This document shows, piece after piece, positions 1 through 10,371 of a stretch of 64,000 nucleotides of DNA. A program made the translations under genes and the position numbers. Location: the NCBI GenBank assembly GCA_965277285.1, contig OZ255721.1:2336001-2400000 (forward strand), in the 5' to 3' direction. Below the pieces are notes generated by a model that saw nothing but the letters and a program-made list of their open reading frames with translations, ran no database searches and was not told the DNA's origin. This DNA is from Abditibacteriaceae bacterium (GTDB lineage Bacteria; Armatimonadota; Abditibacteriia; Abditibacteriales; Abditibacteriaceae). Within the stretch, counting starts at the first letter, position 1. Every line of letters begins with the position of its first letter.

Positions 1-1266
1 CAGCAATCCCATCACGGGAAATTCCCACAAAAACGATCTGGGAAGCGGCACCATCGCCAGGCCAATCGCCATCAACAGCGTTCCCACGACAATCAGCGGC
101 ACTTCGCCGAAACGTTTTTTTAGCGACCCGATCAAACCGCCCTGAACGATGAGCGCGACGATGCCGATGGACGCGAAAATCTCCGCCGCCATTTGCGAGG
201 CGCGCGGGCGCACCAACAATTTTTCGATTTGGCGCCACGTCATGCCCTCAGGCGCGCTTCGAGTACTCAAATTGAAATCGCCGCCCATCGAAGGCGGATA
301 CGGCTCGTTTTCGCCATCGCCCAGCGAGACCGCGTTTTCGCCGCCTTCGCCAGTCGGAGATGCCACGACTTTGGTTTGCAACTTTTCGCGCTGCGCTTCG
401 GCAATCGCGCCGTTTGTGTTCGTGCGAATATAGGTTTGCACTTGAGGCCGCGCGTATTGCTTGATGAGGAACAGCGTGAAGGTTCCCTGCAAAGTCGCAA
501 AAGCGAGCGTGGCAAAGAACGAAATGGCGATCATGATGTTCAAGCCGGGCAATTTGAAGGCGCGCTGAAAGCCGTGAACGTTGATGAACTGACTGGCTTT
601 ACCATTGTTGCGCTTCAAATCGGCGGCCTGATTCGATTTGCGCACTTCGGGCGAAAGCGTTTCCGGCAAACGCTTGACGGCCAGCGCCCAGTTGATGAGA
701 GAAAGCGCGGCAGTAAATAAACCGATGCCCAAGTTACCATTGAAAGGGCTTGGCAAATGCGTCAAAGCGGCGCCGACAGCCGGTCCAATGGCGAAGCCGA
801 TGCCGAAAATCGCGCCAAACATACCGAAAGTTTTCGAGCGTTCTTCAGGCGGCGTAATGTCGGACAAATAAGCCTGCGCCGTCGAAATGTTTCCCGCTGT
901 AATGCCGTCAATGAAGCGCGACAAGAAGAGCAATGGCAACGAATGCGCAAACGCGAAAACGATGTAGCCGACGGATGAACCAAAAATCGAATACAGCAAA
1001 ACCGGACGGCGCCCGATGCGATCACTTAAACGCCCCCAGCCGGGCGTTGAAAGAAAACTCATCAGCGAATAAGTCGAGGAAAGCGCGCCGACCAGCATCG
1101 GCGTGGCGCCAAACTGCGACGCATAAACGCCCAACTGCGGAATGATGATGCCGAAACCCAAAATGTCCAAAAAAACCGTCAGCAAAATAACGCGCTTGGC
1201 GGCGTCGTTGGCGGCTTTTTGTTCGGGTGTGAAAGGAGTTCGAGTACTCGATTGCGGTGAAGTCAC
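1..1266 (-). CDS. MFS transporter (TetA/DHA1-like), runs off window start
   Basis: Manual minus-strand translation: VILLTVFLDILGFGIIIPQL...GRLSDRIGRRPVLL (MFS motif A)...AQAYLSDITPPEERSKTFG. Probable GTG start at 1266. Not in the ORF track. Confidence 0.8.
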   Translation of the reverse strand, partial: MTSPQSSTRTPFTPEQKAANDAAKRVILLTVFLDILGFGIIIPQLGVYASQFGATPMLVGALSSTYSLMSFLSTPGWGRLSDRIGRRPVLLYSIFGSSVGYIVFAFAHSLPLLFLSRFIDGITAGNISTAQAYLSDITPPEERSKTFGMFGAIFGIGFAIGPAVGAALTHLPSPFNGNLGIGLFTAALSLINWALAVKRLPETLSPEVRKSNQAADLKRNNGKASQFINVHGFQRAFKLPGLNIMIAISFFATLAFATLQGTFTLFLIKQYARPQVQTYIRTNTNGAIAEAQREKLQTKVVASPTGEGGENAVSLGDGENEPYPPSMGGDFNLSTRSAPEGMTWRQIEKLLVRPRASQMAAEIFASIGIVALIVQGGLIGSLKKRFGEVPLIVVGTLLMAIGLAMVPLPRSFLWEFPVMGLL

Positions 1267-1366
1267 AGGGAAAGTCCGATGTGGAATGAAGTTGAAAAGT
1301 CGCTTGCGAGTATAGCAACGTTGCGTCTTTGAACGATGCGTTGACGCAATGATTTGACGCAATGCG

Positions 1367-1396
1367 TTGACACCAGGCGCGCGGCTGCGATAAGAT
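1367..1396 (+). promoter_or_regulatory. sigma70-type promoter for the T-box leader
   Basis: TTGACA (1367-1372), 18-nt spacer, TAAGAT (1391-1396) directly upstream of the T-box. Confidence 0.6.
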
Positions 1397-1409
1397 TGAA
1401 AGCACAATT

Positions 1410-1823
1410 TGCTAAAGACATTGACGAGGAATAGTAAGCGAAACGAGCGTCCGAGAGAGCTTCTTGATGTGCTGAAAAAGAAGCGACGACACGCCGCCGA
1501 ACTCGCCTCCGAGTCGCTGCCGCGAAAGTTCTCTATTTTAAGTTATGAGTTTTGAGTTGAAGCCGTTTCATTCAAAATTGAAAATCCAAAATTGAGAATT
1601 ATTAGTTGTGGCCGGAAAGCGCGCCGTAATGCGCAATGAAGAGCCTTTGAAAGTTTTTAATTCTCAGTTTTTAGTTCTCAGTTGAGTTGTTCAACTCAAA
1701 ATTAAAAACTCAAAATTGAGAACTGGCGAAGGAACGTGGGTGGTAGCACGGGAGATTTATTCTCTCGTCCCGCGATGGTTTGCGACTTGAAGAAAGTCGG
1801 GACATCGGGACGAGGGTTTTTTT
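1410..1823 (+). ncRNA. T-box riboswitch, leucine specifier
   Basis: AGTA, GAGAG and GCTGAA stem I motifs; GAA-CTC specifier (CTC = Leu, 1502-1504); T-box AACGTGGGTGGTAGCACG (1733-1750); terminator CTCGTCCC...GGGACGAG plus T7 ending 1823; upstream of ilvC-leu genes. Confidence 0.9.
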
Positions 1824-1844
1824 GTGACTGTTAGCGACGAACAA

Positions 1845-1915
1845 CAGAACCCCAAGCGTAAGCGCGGGGCTGACGTAACTGCTACTTTAGCCCCGCGCTT
1901 ACGCTTGGGGTTCTG
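1845..1915. repeat. REP-like hairpin, copy 1 (27-bp perfect arms)
   Basis: CAGAACCCCAAGCGTAAGCGCGGGGCT ... AGCCCCGCGCTTACGCTTGGGGTTCTG; near-identical copy at 60192-60254. Confidence 0.85.
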
Positions 1916-1930
1916 AAAAACCGGACGATT

Positions 1931-2269
1931 ATGAAAGAACTGATTTCGCCGTCACAATCCGACACTTTGGTTCTCATCGCGTCCATCTTAGTCGCACTGG
2001 GCGGCGCGCTTTGGGGATTTCGAGTACTCGAGAGGCGTGGTTTGTGGGCGGGACTTGGCGGCGTTCTGGTTTACGTTTTGTGGCAGGCGCACAAATACGT
2101 GACGCGCTATGACGCGCAAAGCGGTTATTTCGGGTTGGATAAAGTGTCGGTTTTGTTGGGCGAAGTCGTCGCGTTTGTTCTTTTGGGAGCGATTTGCGGC
2201 GTTCTATGGAGTAAAATGACAACGTCAAAACCTAAGGAGACAGAAGAAAATGCCACAGATTTATTATGA
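1931..2269 (+). CDS. small membrane protein, about 3 TM segments
   Basis: 112-aa ORF with hydrophobic segments, between the T-box and ilvC. Confidence 0.65.
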   Translation: MKELISPSQSDTLVLIASILVALGGALWGFRVLERRGLWAGLGGVLVYVLWQAHKYVTRYDAQSGYFGLDKVSVLLGEVVAFVLLGAICGVLWSKMTTSKPKETEENATDLL

Positions 2270-3245
2270 TGCCGATGCGGATTTGAAAGTGCTGGAAGGC
2301 AAGACCATCGCGGTCATTGGTTACGGTTCGCAGGGTCGCGGACAAAGTTTGTGCTTGCGCGACAGCGGCTTGAACGTCATCATCGGCGCGCGCCCGGGCA
2401 AGTCGTGGGACGCCGCCAAAGCTGATGGTTTCGAGGTTGTCGAGACCGAAGAAGCGGCGCGGCGCGGCGACGTGATCCAGATTTTGGCGCAAGACCATTT
2501 GCAGGCCGAAATCTACGACAAGCAGGTCAAGCCGCATTTGACAGCAGGCAAAGCCGTCCTGTTTTCGCACGGTTTCAACATTCATTATGGCTTCATCAAG
2601 CCGCAAAACGACATCGATATTTTGATGGTCGCGCCCAAAGGCCCCGGCCCGTTCGTGCGTCGCCAGTACGAAGAAGGCAAAGGCGTTCCGGCCTTGATTG
2701 CAATTCATCAGGACGCGACAGGTCACGCGCGCGAAATCGGCCTGGCGTATGCCAAAGGTTTGGGCGCCACGCGCGCTGCGGTTTACGAAACCAGCTTCAA
2801 GGAAGAAACCGAGTCCGATTTGTTCGGCGAGCAAGCCGTTTTGTGCGGCGGCGCATCGGAACTGATTCGCGCCGGTTTCGAGACTTTGGTCGAAGCCGGA
2901 TACGCGCCAGAAATGGCGTATTTCGAGTGTCTGCACGAGATGAAGCTGATCGTCGATTTGATGTATGAAAAAGGCATCACGGGAATGCGCGCGGCGATTT
3001 CCGATACGGCGAAATGGGGCGACGTCAACATCGGGCGCCGCATCATCACGCCGGCGACCAAAGACGAAATGCGCAAAGTTCTGAGCGAAATCCAAAGCGG
3101 CCAGTTCGCCCACGAATGGATGGCCGAAAACGCCAGTGGTCGCCACAACTTCGACGCGAAATTGCAAGCCGACAAAGATCATCAGATTGAAAAGGTGGGC
3201 GAAAAACTGCGCGGCGACATGAGCTGGATGAAAGACAAAAAGTAA
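2250..3245 (+). CDS. ilvC: ketol-acid reductoisomerase
   Basis: IGYGSQG, FSHGFNIH, MVAPKGPG, ETESDLFGEQAVLCGG and AYFECLHEMKLIVDL motifs. Confidence 0.97.
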   Translation: MPQIYYDADADLKVLEGKTIAVIGYGSQGRGQSLCLRDSGLNVIIGARPGKSWDAAKADGFEVVETEEAARRGDVIQILAQDHLQAEIYDKQVKPHLTAGKAVLFSHGFNIHYGFIKPQNDIDILMVAPKGPGPFVRRQYEEGKGVPALIAIHQDATGHAREIGLAYAKGLGATRAAVYETSFKEETESDLFGEQAVLCGGASELIRAGFETLVEAGYAPEMAYFECLHEMKLIVDLMYEKGITGMRAAISDTAKWGDVNIGRRIITPATKDEMRKVLSEIQSGQFAHEWMAENASGRHNFDAKLQADKDHQIEKVGEKLRGDMSWMKDKK

Positions 3246-3387
3246 TTCACCGCGAAGGACGCGAAGTGCGCTAAGAAAGAAAAAGAAGAAAAGAAGGTTG
3301 TATCGAGTACTCGATGTGCTGGCCAACTGCTTCTATCTATCTTCCTTCTTCTTTATCTTCGCGCCCTTCGCGTCCGTTCGCGGTGAA
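3245..3387. repeat. long hairpin left of the GxxExxY gene
   Basis: TTCACCGCGAAGGACGCGAAG ... CTTCGCGTCCGTTCGCGGTGAA arms with purine/pyrimidine tracts; TCGAGTACTCGA in the loop. Confidence 0.85.
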
Positions 3388-3398
3388 ACCAAAACGCT

Positions 3399-3776
3399 AT
3401 GCAATTCGACGATTGTACAGGTGAAATTATTGGTGCAGCGATGGCGGTGCATCGTGAACTTGGGCCGGGGCTGTTGGAATCGACGTATGAAGCGTGCTTG
3501 TTTTATGAGTTGGAACAACGCGGTTTGCGCGTTGAGAAGCAAAGAAAGTTGCCAGTTTGTTATCGTGGTGTGCAGCTCGATTGCGGTTATCGCATTGATT
3601 TGTTGGTCGAAAACAGCGTCATCGTCGAACTCAAAGCAGTGGAGAAACTGGAGCCGATTCACGAAGCCCAATTGTTGTCTTATTTGAAGTTGTCCGGCAT
3701 CAAAGTCGGTTTGCTCATCAACTTCAACGTCGAAGTGTTGAAAGACGGTATTAAACGCCGTGTTCTCAATTTGTGA
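3399..3776 (+). CDS. GxxExxY family protein (PD-(D/E)XK nuclease fold)
   Basis: GPGLLESTY signature; RIDLLVENSVIVELK; HEAQLLSYLK...GLLINF. Confidence 0.92.
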   Translation: MQFDDCTGEIIGAAMAVHRELGPGLLESTYEACLFYELEQRGLRVEKQRKLPVCYRGVQLDCGYRIDLLVENSVIVELKAVEKLEPIHEAQLLSYLKLSGIKVGLLINFNVEVLKDGIKRRVLNL

Positions 3777-3901
3777 TTCACCGCGAAGGACGCGAAGAGA
3801 AAAAGAAGAATGAGAGAAATGAAGCCACACCGAAGATTTGATTCTTCTGCTTCTTTTTCTCTTCGCGTCCTTCGCGTCCTTCGCGTCCTTCGCGGTGAAT
3901 C
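3775..3901. repeat. long hairpin right of the GxxExxY gene
   Basis: GATTCACCGCGAAGGACGCGAAG ... (CTTCGCGTC)x3 CTTCGCGGTGAATC. Confidence 0.88.
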
Positions 3902-3921
3902 TCTTTTGTAAGGAGGTAGTG

Positions 3922-5688
3922 ATGTCCACAACAATTGATGAAACGACAGAAACGAAGGTGAGCGCATCGCTGCTTCCTTCCGCACAATCGAGTACTCGAA
4001 ATGGCAAATACAAGCCGTTTCCGCCGGTGCTTTTGCCTGACAGAACCTGGCCGGACAAGCAGATCACGCACGCGCCGATGTGGTGTAGCGTCGATTTGCG
4101 CGATGGCAATCAGGCGTTGGCAGTTCCGATGAACCTGGAAGAAAAGCTTGAGATGTTCGAGATGTTGGTGGCGGTTGGTTTCAAGGAAATCGAAGTCGGC
4201 TTTCCTTCGGCTTCGGAAGTCGAGTTCGAGTTTTGCCGCAAATTGATTGAAGAAAATCGCATTCCCGATGATGTCTCGATTCAGGTTTTGGTGCAGGCGC
4301 GCGAGGAACTGATTCGCCGCAGTTTTGAAGCGTTGCATGGCGCCAAAAGCGCGATCATGCACATGTATAATTCGACCAATCCGGCTCAGCGCAAAATCGT
4401 GTTCGGCCTGTCGAAAGAACAAATCAAAGAGATTGCGATTCGCGGCGCAACCTTGATTCGCCAACTCGCTGACGAACAATCGAGTACTCGATGGACGATG
4501 GAATACACGCCGGAATCGTTTGTCTTGACCGAGTTGGAGTATTCGCTGGAAATCTGCGAAGCGGTTGCCGATGTGTGGCGCGCTGATGAAACCAACAAGT
4601 TGATTATGAACCTCCCGACGACGGTTGAAAGCGCGACACCCAACGTTCACGCCGACCAGATCGAGTGGTTTTGCCGCAACTTGCGCGACCGCAATCGCGC
4701 GATAGTTTCCTTGCACACGCACAACGACCGAGGAACCGGCGTTGCGTCTACGGAACTGGCATTGTTGGCCGGAGCCGAACGCGTCGAAGGCACTTTGTTC
4801 GGCAACGGCGAGCGCACCGGCAATTTGGATGTCGTGACGGTTGCTCTCAATATGTTTTCACAGGGCGTCGATGCGGGCTTGGATTTCTCGGATTTGCCGC
4901 GCATCCGCGAAGTCTATGAGCGCAGCACGCGCATGACGGTTCACGAGCGCCATCCTTATGCGGGCGATTTGGTGTTTACGGCGTTTAGCGGTTCTCATCA
5001 GGACGCGATTGCCAAAGGCTTCAAGGTTCAAGACCCGAACGGCGTTTGGGAAGTGCCTTATTTGCCGATTGATCCGCATGACATCGGGCGCGATTACGAG
5101 GCGATTATTCGGGGCAACACGCAAAGCGGCAAGGGCGGTTTCGCCTTTTTGTTGGAGTACAATTACGGTTTCGAGTTGCCAAAAGCGATGAAGGTCGAGT
5201 TCGGCAAAATCATGCAGAAGTATGCCGACGCCAAAGGTGCCGAAGTCTTCGCGGACGAAACTTACAACGTTTTCAAACGCGAATATCTCGACAGCGCCGC
5301 ACCGATTAAACTCGAAAGTTTCCGTTCGTATGAAAGCGATGTTTTGGACGAGGCGAACGCGACATCGAGGACTGGAAATGAAGCGGACGGAACGGTTTCG
5401 TGTCGCGTGAAACTGCTGGTCAACGGAGACGAAAAGTTTACGCAAGGCAAAGGCAACGGCCCGATTGAAGCGTTTGTCAAAGCCTTGAAGAGCATCGGTG
5501 TCAATGGCTTTGAAGTCGTGGATTACAGCCAGAAATCGCTGGGCGGCGGCGCTCAAGCGCGCGCGGTTTCCTACATCGAAATTCGCTGCGAAAACGGTCG
5601 CAAAATGTTTGGCGCCGGTGTTGATACCAGCATCGAACTGGCCTCGATTAAAGCGGTCGTTAGCGCGCTCAATCGCAGTTTGCGCTGA
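3922..5688 (+). CDS. leuA: 2-isopropylmalate synthase (yeast/actinobacterial type)
   Basis: WCSVDLRDGNQAL, SLHTHNDRG, GNGERTGN, AFSGSHQDAI and C-terminal GNGPI regulatory domain; ATG at 3922 after AAGGAGGT. Confidence 0.95.
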   Translation: MSTTIDETTETKVSASLLPSAQSSTRNGKYKPFPPVLLPDRTWPDKQITHAPMWCSVDLRDGNQALAVPMNLEEKLEMFEMLVAVGFKEIEVGFPSASEVEFEFCRKLIEENRIPDDVSIQVLVQAREELIRRSFEALHGAKSAIMHMYNSTNPAQRKIVFGLSKEQIKEIAIRGATLIRQLADEQSSTRWTMEYTPESFVLTELEYSLEICEAVADVWRADETNKLIMNLPTTVESATPNVHADQIEWFCRNLRDRNRAIVSLHTHNDRGTGVASTELALLAGAERVEGTLFGNGERTGNLDVVTVALNMFSQGVDAGLDFSDLPRIREVYERSTRMTVHERHPYAGDLVFTAFSGSHQDAIAKGFKVQDPNGVWEVPYLPIDPHDIGRDYEAIIRGNTQSGKGGFAFLLEYNYGFELPKAMKVEFGKIMQKYADAKGAEVFADETYNVFKREYLDSAAPIKLESFRSYESDVLDEANATSRTGNEADGTVSCRVKLLVNGDEKFTQGKGNGPIEAFVKALKSIGVNGFEVVDYSQKSLGGGAQARAVSYIEIRCENGRKMFGAGVDTSIELASIKAVVSALNRSLR

Positions 5689-5804
5689 GAGAAACATCGC
5701 GCGAAAAAGAAAGCGAAAAAGACGATTTGTAGGGGCATCGGCTTGTAAGAGCGTCAGCTTGCTGCGCTCGGCCTTCGAGTACTCGATAGATCGATTGGAA
5801 GGTG

Positions 5805-5843
5805 AAAAGCAAACGGCTCCGCTTCCGGGAAGAAGCGGAGCCG
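5805..5843 (-). terminator. intrinsic terminator-like hairpin, T-tract on minus strand
   Basis: Minus strand reads CGGCTCCGCTTC-TTCCCG-GAAGCGGAGCCG then TTTGCTTTT. Confidence 0.55.
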
Positions 5844-6160
5844 ACAGCGCGCGGGTTCAGGGAATGTGGCGGGGAAGTAGGGGAATAGGGGAATAGAAGT
5901 GGTGCGGCAGAAGAACGTCAAGAAGACCCCGAACCGGTCGCTGTATTTCGTTGATTTAAGAATACCCGTCGCGTGTTACGAACTCTTTAAGGCGCGGTAA
6001 ATTATGCAAATCTTTTGCATTAAGAGCGCGCTTAATATAGTGTTGTCGTTGTTCAAGCGAAAAGACGAAAAGTGCAAAATGCGATAAACGCGAGTGTCTT
6101 TCCTTCGTTAAGGAATACGTTTTAGTAAACTTTGCAATTGTATTTTGCGAGGAAAATTTT

Positions 6161-7588
6161 ATGTCTCAACCACAAACATTGTTTGAAAAGATTTGGAACG
6201 CTCACCTCGTGCGCGAGGAAACAGGGCGCGTCCTGCTTTATATCGATTTGCACCTCGTCCACGAAGTGACCAGTCCGCAAGCGTTTGAAGGCTTGCGCTT
6301 GAGCGGTCGCCGTGTGCGTCGCCCCGATTTGACGCTGGCTACGATGGATCACAACGTGCCGACGACCGACCGCAGCTTGCCGATTCTCGACCAGATTTCG
6401 GCCAAGCAAATGGAAACGCTGACGCGCAACTGTCACGAATTCGGCGTCACGATTTTCGACCTGAACGATCCGCGCCAGGGCATCGTTCACATCATCGGCC
6501 CCGAACTGGGCTTGACGCAGCCTGGCATGACGATTGTTTGCGGCGATTCGCACACATCGACGCACGGCGCGTTTGGCGCTCTGGCGTTTGGCATCGGCAC
6601 CAGTGAAGTCGAGCACGTTCTGGCGACGCAGACTTTGCCGCAGCAAAAGCCGAAGACGATGGAAATCCGCATCGAAGGCGAAGGAAAACTTCCGGCGGGC
6701 GTGACGAGTAAAGACATTATCCTGGCGATCATCGGCAAAATCGGCACGGCGGGCGCGACCGGTTACGTCGTCGAATATACCGGCGCGCCGATTCGCAACC
6801 TGTCGATGGAAGGCCGCATGACGATCTGCAACATGAGCATCGAAGCCGGTGCGCGCGCTGGACTGATCGCGCCCGACGAAACGACATTCAATTACCTCAA
6901 AGGCCGTCCGCACGCGCCGCAAGGTGACGATTGGAACACGGCAATCGAGTACTGGAAAACGCTCCAGACCGACGAAGGCGCGACCTATGACGAAACCGTG
7001 ATTTTGCACGTTGACGACTTGGTGCCGCAAGTTTCGTGGGGCACCAATCCGGGACAAACCTTGCCGATCACCGCGAAAGTTCCGTCGCCTCACGATTTCA
7101 GCGACGAAACCGAGCAGAAGAACACCGAGCGCGCTCTGGAATATATGGGCCTGGAAGGCGGCACGCCGCTGGAAGGCTTGAAGCTGGATCGCGTCTTCAT
7201 CGGCTCTTGCACCAATGGCCGCATCGAAGATTTGCGCTTGGCGGCGCATCTCGCCGAAGGTAAAAAAGCCGCCTCGAACGTGAATGTGATGGTCGTTCCT
7301 GGTAGCGGCGCGGTGAAAACGCAGGCCGAAGCCGAAGGTTTGGACAAGGTGTTCAAGGCCGCTGGTTTCGAGTGGCGCGAGCCGGGCTGCTCGATGTGTC
7401 TGGGCATGAACCCCGACATTTTGGAGCCGGGCGAACGTTGTGCGAGCACATCAAATCGCAATTTTGAAGGTCGTCAGGGCAAAGGCGGGCGCACGCATTT
7501 AGTTTCTGTGCCGATGGCCGTCGCCGCCGCGATTGAAGGCAAACTGGTCGATGTGCGCCAGTGGGACAAGGAAAACAAAGGCAAGTAA
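6161..7588 (+). CDS. leuC: 3-isopropylmalate dehydratase large subunit
   Basis: [51 protein letters not shown]. Confidence 0.97.
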   Translation: MSQPQTLFEKIWNAHLVREETGRVLLYIDLHLVHEVTSPQAFEGLRLSGRRVRRPDLTLATMDHNVPTTDRSLPILDQISAKQMETLTRNCHEFGVTIFDLNDPRQGIVHIIGPELGLTQPGMTIVCGDSHTSTHGAFGALAFGIGTSEVEHVLATQTLPQQKPKTMEIRIEGEGKLPAGVTSKDIILAIIGKIGTAGATGYVVEYTGAPIRNLSMEGRMTICNMSIEAGARAGLIAPDETTFNYLKGRPHAPQGDDWNTAIEYWKTLQTDEGATYDETVILHVDDLVPQVSWGTNPGQTLPITAKVPSPHDFSDETEQKNTERALEYMGLEGGTPLEGLKLDRVFIGSCTNGRIEDLRLAAHLAEGKKAASNVNVMVVPGSGAVKTQAEAEGLDKVFKAAGFEWREPGCSMCLGMNPDILEPGERCASTSNRNFEGRQGKGGRTHLVSVPMAVAAAIEGKLVDVRQWDKENKGK

Positions 7589-7621
7589 GCAAATCGAGTA
7601 CTCGATACAAAGAACAACGCC

Positions 7622-8665
7622 ATGCAAAGCGCAGAACGCGACGAACTCGAAAAAACTTTGGCGTCGTTGGGAACAGGCAGCGGCTTGAAGTTGCGTCCGC
7701 AGCTTGAACCGATGGCCGCGCAAATTGCGCCTGATCTTCAACGCATGTTAGAAGATTCGGAGTATTGCGAGTATTTGTGGCAGCGTTTCGGCAAAGCGTT
7801 TGAAGGCCAAAAGCCGCAAGTCGAATTGATGGGACGCATCGTCGATAACTTTCCACCGATTACGCGCGATTCGTTTGAGATGAGTTTGAAGTCGTGGGCG
7901 CAAGCGTTGTTGCTAACGTTGCCGCAAGCGCAGGAAGAGCCGCTTAAAAATTTGCTGCACAATTTTCATCGTCAGCAACGACGTGAGGCTGTCGGAACTG
8001 CTTACCATCCGCGCACTGGAAAAATCGAGCGTCTTCCTTTGTCGGCGCAGCAAGAACGATGGATGGCTTACACCGAAGCGTGCGCAGATGGCGATTTGGA
8101 AAAAGTCAAGGCCTATGTCGCTGAAGGTGTTTTGGTGGAGCAACGCGGTGGTGAGGGAGCAGCAACTTCCGGTTTAAACACGCTAGTTACAAGTGCGTAT
8201 GGCGACGAGAGATTTAAAGTCGCCGAGTTTTTGCTGCAAAATGGCGCCAATATCGAAGCCGACACTCATGCGAACAGACGGCTTACATTGCTTAATTTTT
8301 CCAGTTCTTCAGGCGATTTAGAAATGGTGCGTTTTCTTCTTCAGCACGGCGCTGACGTAAACGGAGACGTAGACCTCAGTTGGTTTGAGGGGTACATCGA
8401 AGAATCAGAGATGAGCGAAGAAGAACGTAACGAAGAGCGCACAAGGCTTGCTGACCCAAATTACGTTGGAGATGACCAAACTCCTTTGATAGGTGCTGCG
8501 ATGGGCGGACACGAAGAAATTGTCAAAGCCTTGATTGAAGCTGGGGCGAACGTTAACGCGTGGTGCGATTCGCGCGGCACGGCGCTTGATTGCGCAGAAC
8601 CGAACGTCGTGGAATTGTCGAAACAACATGGTGCGAAGTACCATTACGGAGAACAAACAGAATAA
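7622..8665 (+). CDS. ankyrin repeat protein
   Basis: [60 protein letters not shown]. Confidence 0.85.
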   Translation: MQSAERDELEKTLASLGTGSGLKLRPQLEPMAAQIAPDLQRMLEDSEYCEYLWQRFGKAFEGQKPQVELMGRIVDNFPPITRDSFEMSLKSWAQALLLTLPQAQEEPLKNLLHNFHRQQRREAVGTAYHPRTGKIERLPLSAQQERWMAYTEACADGDLEKVKAYVAEGVLVEQRGGEGAATSGLNTLVTSAYGDERFKVAEFLLQNGANIEADTHANRRLTLLNFSSSSGDLEMVRFLLQHGADVNGDVDLSWFEGYIEESEMSEEERNEERTRLADPNYVGDDQTPLIGAAMGGHEEIVKALIEAGANVNAWCDSRGTALDCAEPNVVELSKQHGAKYHYGEQTE

Positions 8666-9312
8666 TGCAACCATTTACAACTTTAACCGGAGTCGCGGCG
8701 CCGATGGATCGCGCGAACGTGGACACGGACCAGATCATTCCCAAGCAGTTTTTGAAGCGCATCGAACGCACCGGTTTTGGCGAGTTCCTCTTTTACGATT
8801 GGCGCTATGAAGCCGATGGCAAAACGCCGAACCCCGAGTTCGTCTTGAATCAGCCGGAATATGCGGGCGCCGTCGTTTTGGTCGCGTTGCGCAATTTTGG
8901 CAGCGGTTCTTCGCGCGAACACGCGCCGTGGGCCTTGGATCAATACGGTTTTCGCTGCGTCATCGCGCCCAGTTTCGCCGATATTTTCTATAACAATTGT
9001 TTCCAGAACGGCTTGTTGCCGATCATCGTGCCGGAAGAAACAGCGGAGAAGTTGATTGAAACGATTCGCCAGAATCCTGGAATGCAATTGACGATTGATC
9101 TCGTGGCGCAGTCGGTTTCGGGCGAAAATATCGAGCCGATTTATTTCGAGATCGACCAGGAACGCAAGCATCGAATGCTGAACGGTTTGGACGACATCGG
9201 TTTGACGATGCAGCACACCGGCGACATTGATGCGTTTGAATCGAATCGCCCAAAATGGACAAGCCGCGTGTTCGAGCACGATCATTCCAGCGAAAAGCTG
9301 ACAGCCGTGTAA
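8665..9312 (+). CDS. leuD: 3-isopropylmalate dehydratase small subunit
   Basis: [47 protein letters not shown] at 8665 overlaps the upstream TAA (TAATG). Confidence 0.96.
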   Translation: MQPFTTLTGVAAPMDRANVDTDQIIPKQFLKRIERTGFGEFLFYDWRYEADGKTPNPEFVLNQPEYAGAVVLVALRNFGSGSSREHAPWALDQYGFRCVIAPSFADIFYNNCFQNGLLPIIVPEETAEKLIETIRQNPGMQLTIDLVAQSVSGENIEPIYFEIDQERKHRMLNGLDDIGLTMQHTGDIDAFESNRPKWTSRVFEHDHSSEKLTAV

Positions 9313-9396
9313 ATCGAGTACTCGATTGCCGAAAAAGTCGCGCACTTAATGGAAAGTGCGCGGCTTTTGCGGTTTATAATCTATGTCAGAAGTTCA

Positions 9397-9487
9397 GAAA
9401 GTAAGAGTTTGGTCATTCTGAGTGCAGCGAAGAATCTGACTACAGATAGATTCTTCGCTGCGCTCAGAATGACGAACTCTTACTTTC
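9397..9487. repeat. REP-like hairpin (GTCATTCTGAG..CGAAGAATCT family)
   Basis: About 40-bp near-perfect inverted arms; degenerate relative at 58023-58090. Confidence 0.8.
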
Positions 9488-9514
9488 ATCGCTTCCCTGC
9501 TTTCGCTGCGCTTA

Positions 9515-10371
9515 GAGGGTGTATAGGAAAGGGTTAGACTTACATTTATGAAACGCCAGAGCTATCCCAGTGATTTGAGCGAGGCACAATGGCAAGTGCT
9601 GCGCCCTTTGATCGAGCCACAGCGTGCGCGCGGTACGCGCAGGCTTTACGCCCAACGCGAGATCGTCAACGCTTTGTTGTATCAGTTGACCAACGGCTGC
9701 TCGTGGCGTGCTTTGCCTCACGATTTTCCGCCTTACACTGTGGTTTGGTATCACTTCCGGCGCTGGCGTGACAACGGCACTCTCGAAGGTATCCACAGTT
9801 CGTTGCGTTCTCAAGTGCGCCAGGCCGATGGACGGGATGAGGCGCCCAGCGCAGCGATTCTGGACAGCCAGAGCGTCAAAACCACAGAAAAAGGGGGCCA
9901 AAAGGCTTTGATGCAGCCAAGAAAATAAAAGGGCGCAAGCGTCATATTCTAGTGGATACCAACGGCTTGTTGTTGCAAGTGTGTGTTCATGCTGCCAACG
10001 TTCAAGAGCGTGACGGAGCCAAATTACTTTTGCAAGACAAAGCCCTGTGGCGCTTTCCTTCACAACGTTTGCAGTTGATTTGGGCGGATGCAGGCTACTG
10101 GGGACACAAGTTCGCGGCTTGGGTGCGAGAAAACTGTGGCGTTGCGCTCCGAGTGATAAGCCGCAATGCCCTGGTGAACCGTCAATATGAAAACAAAGGC
10201 TACGTGCCGTTGCCGCGTCGCTGGGTTGTCGAAAGAACTTTTGCATGGTTGGGAAGATGTCGAAGGCTTTCAAAAGACTATGAGCAAAATGTCAAATCAA
10301 GTGAAACCTGGATTTATCTCGCCATGATCCGGCTTATGCTCCGAAGGCTTGCGTGATTCCTATACACCCTC
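9515..10371 (+). mobile_element. IS5-family insertion sequence, two-ORF transposase (9548-9928 and 9952-10356)
   Basis: [49 protein letters not shown]; TIRs GAGGGTGTATAGGAA / TTCCTATACACCCTC; slippery AAAAAGGGGG at 9888-9897. Confidence 0.93.

Noticed and set aside
3333..4109. ORF with AKDAKDAK repeats, and the hydrophobic leuA extension from 3838
   Set aside because: Both are translations of the 9-bp hairpin repeats. leuA has a strong RBS at 3922.
9300..9520. attL direct repeat of the tRNA-Ala 3' end at the island's left edge
   Set aside because: No copy of TGGAGC..GGGGATTCGAACC found by eye, so the island boundary is inferred only.
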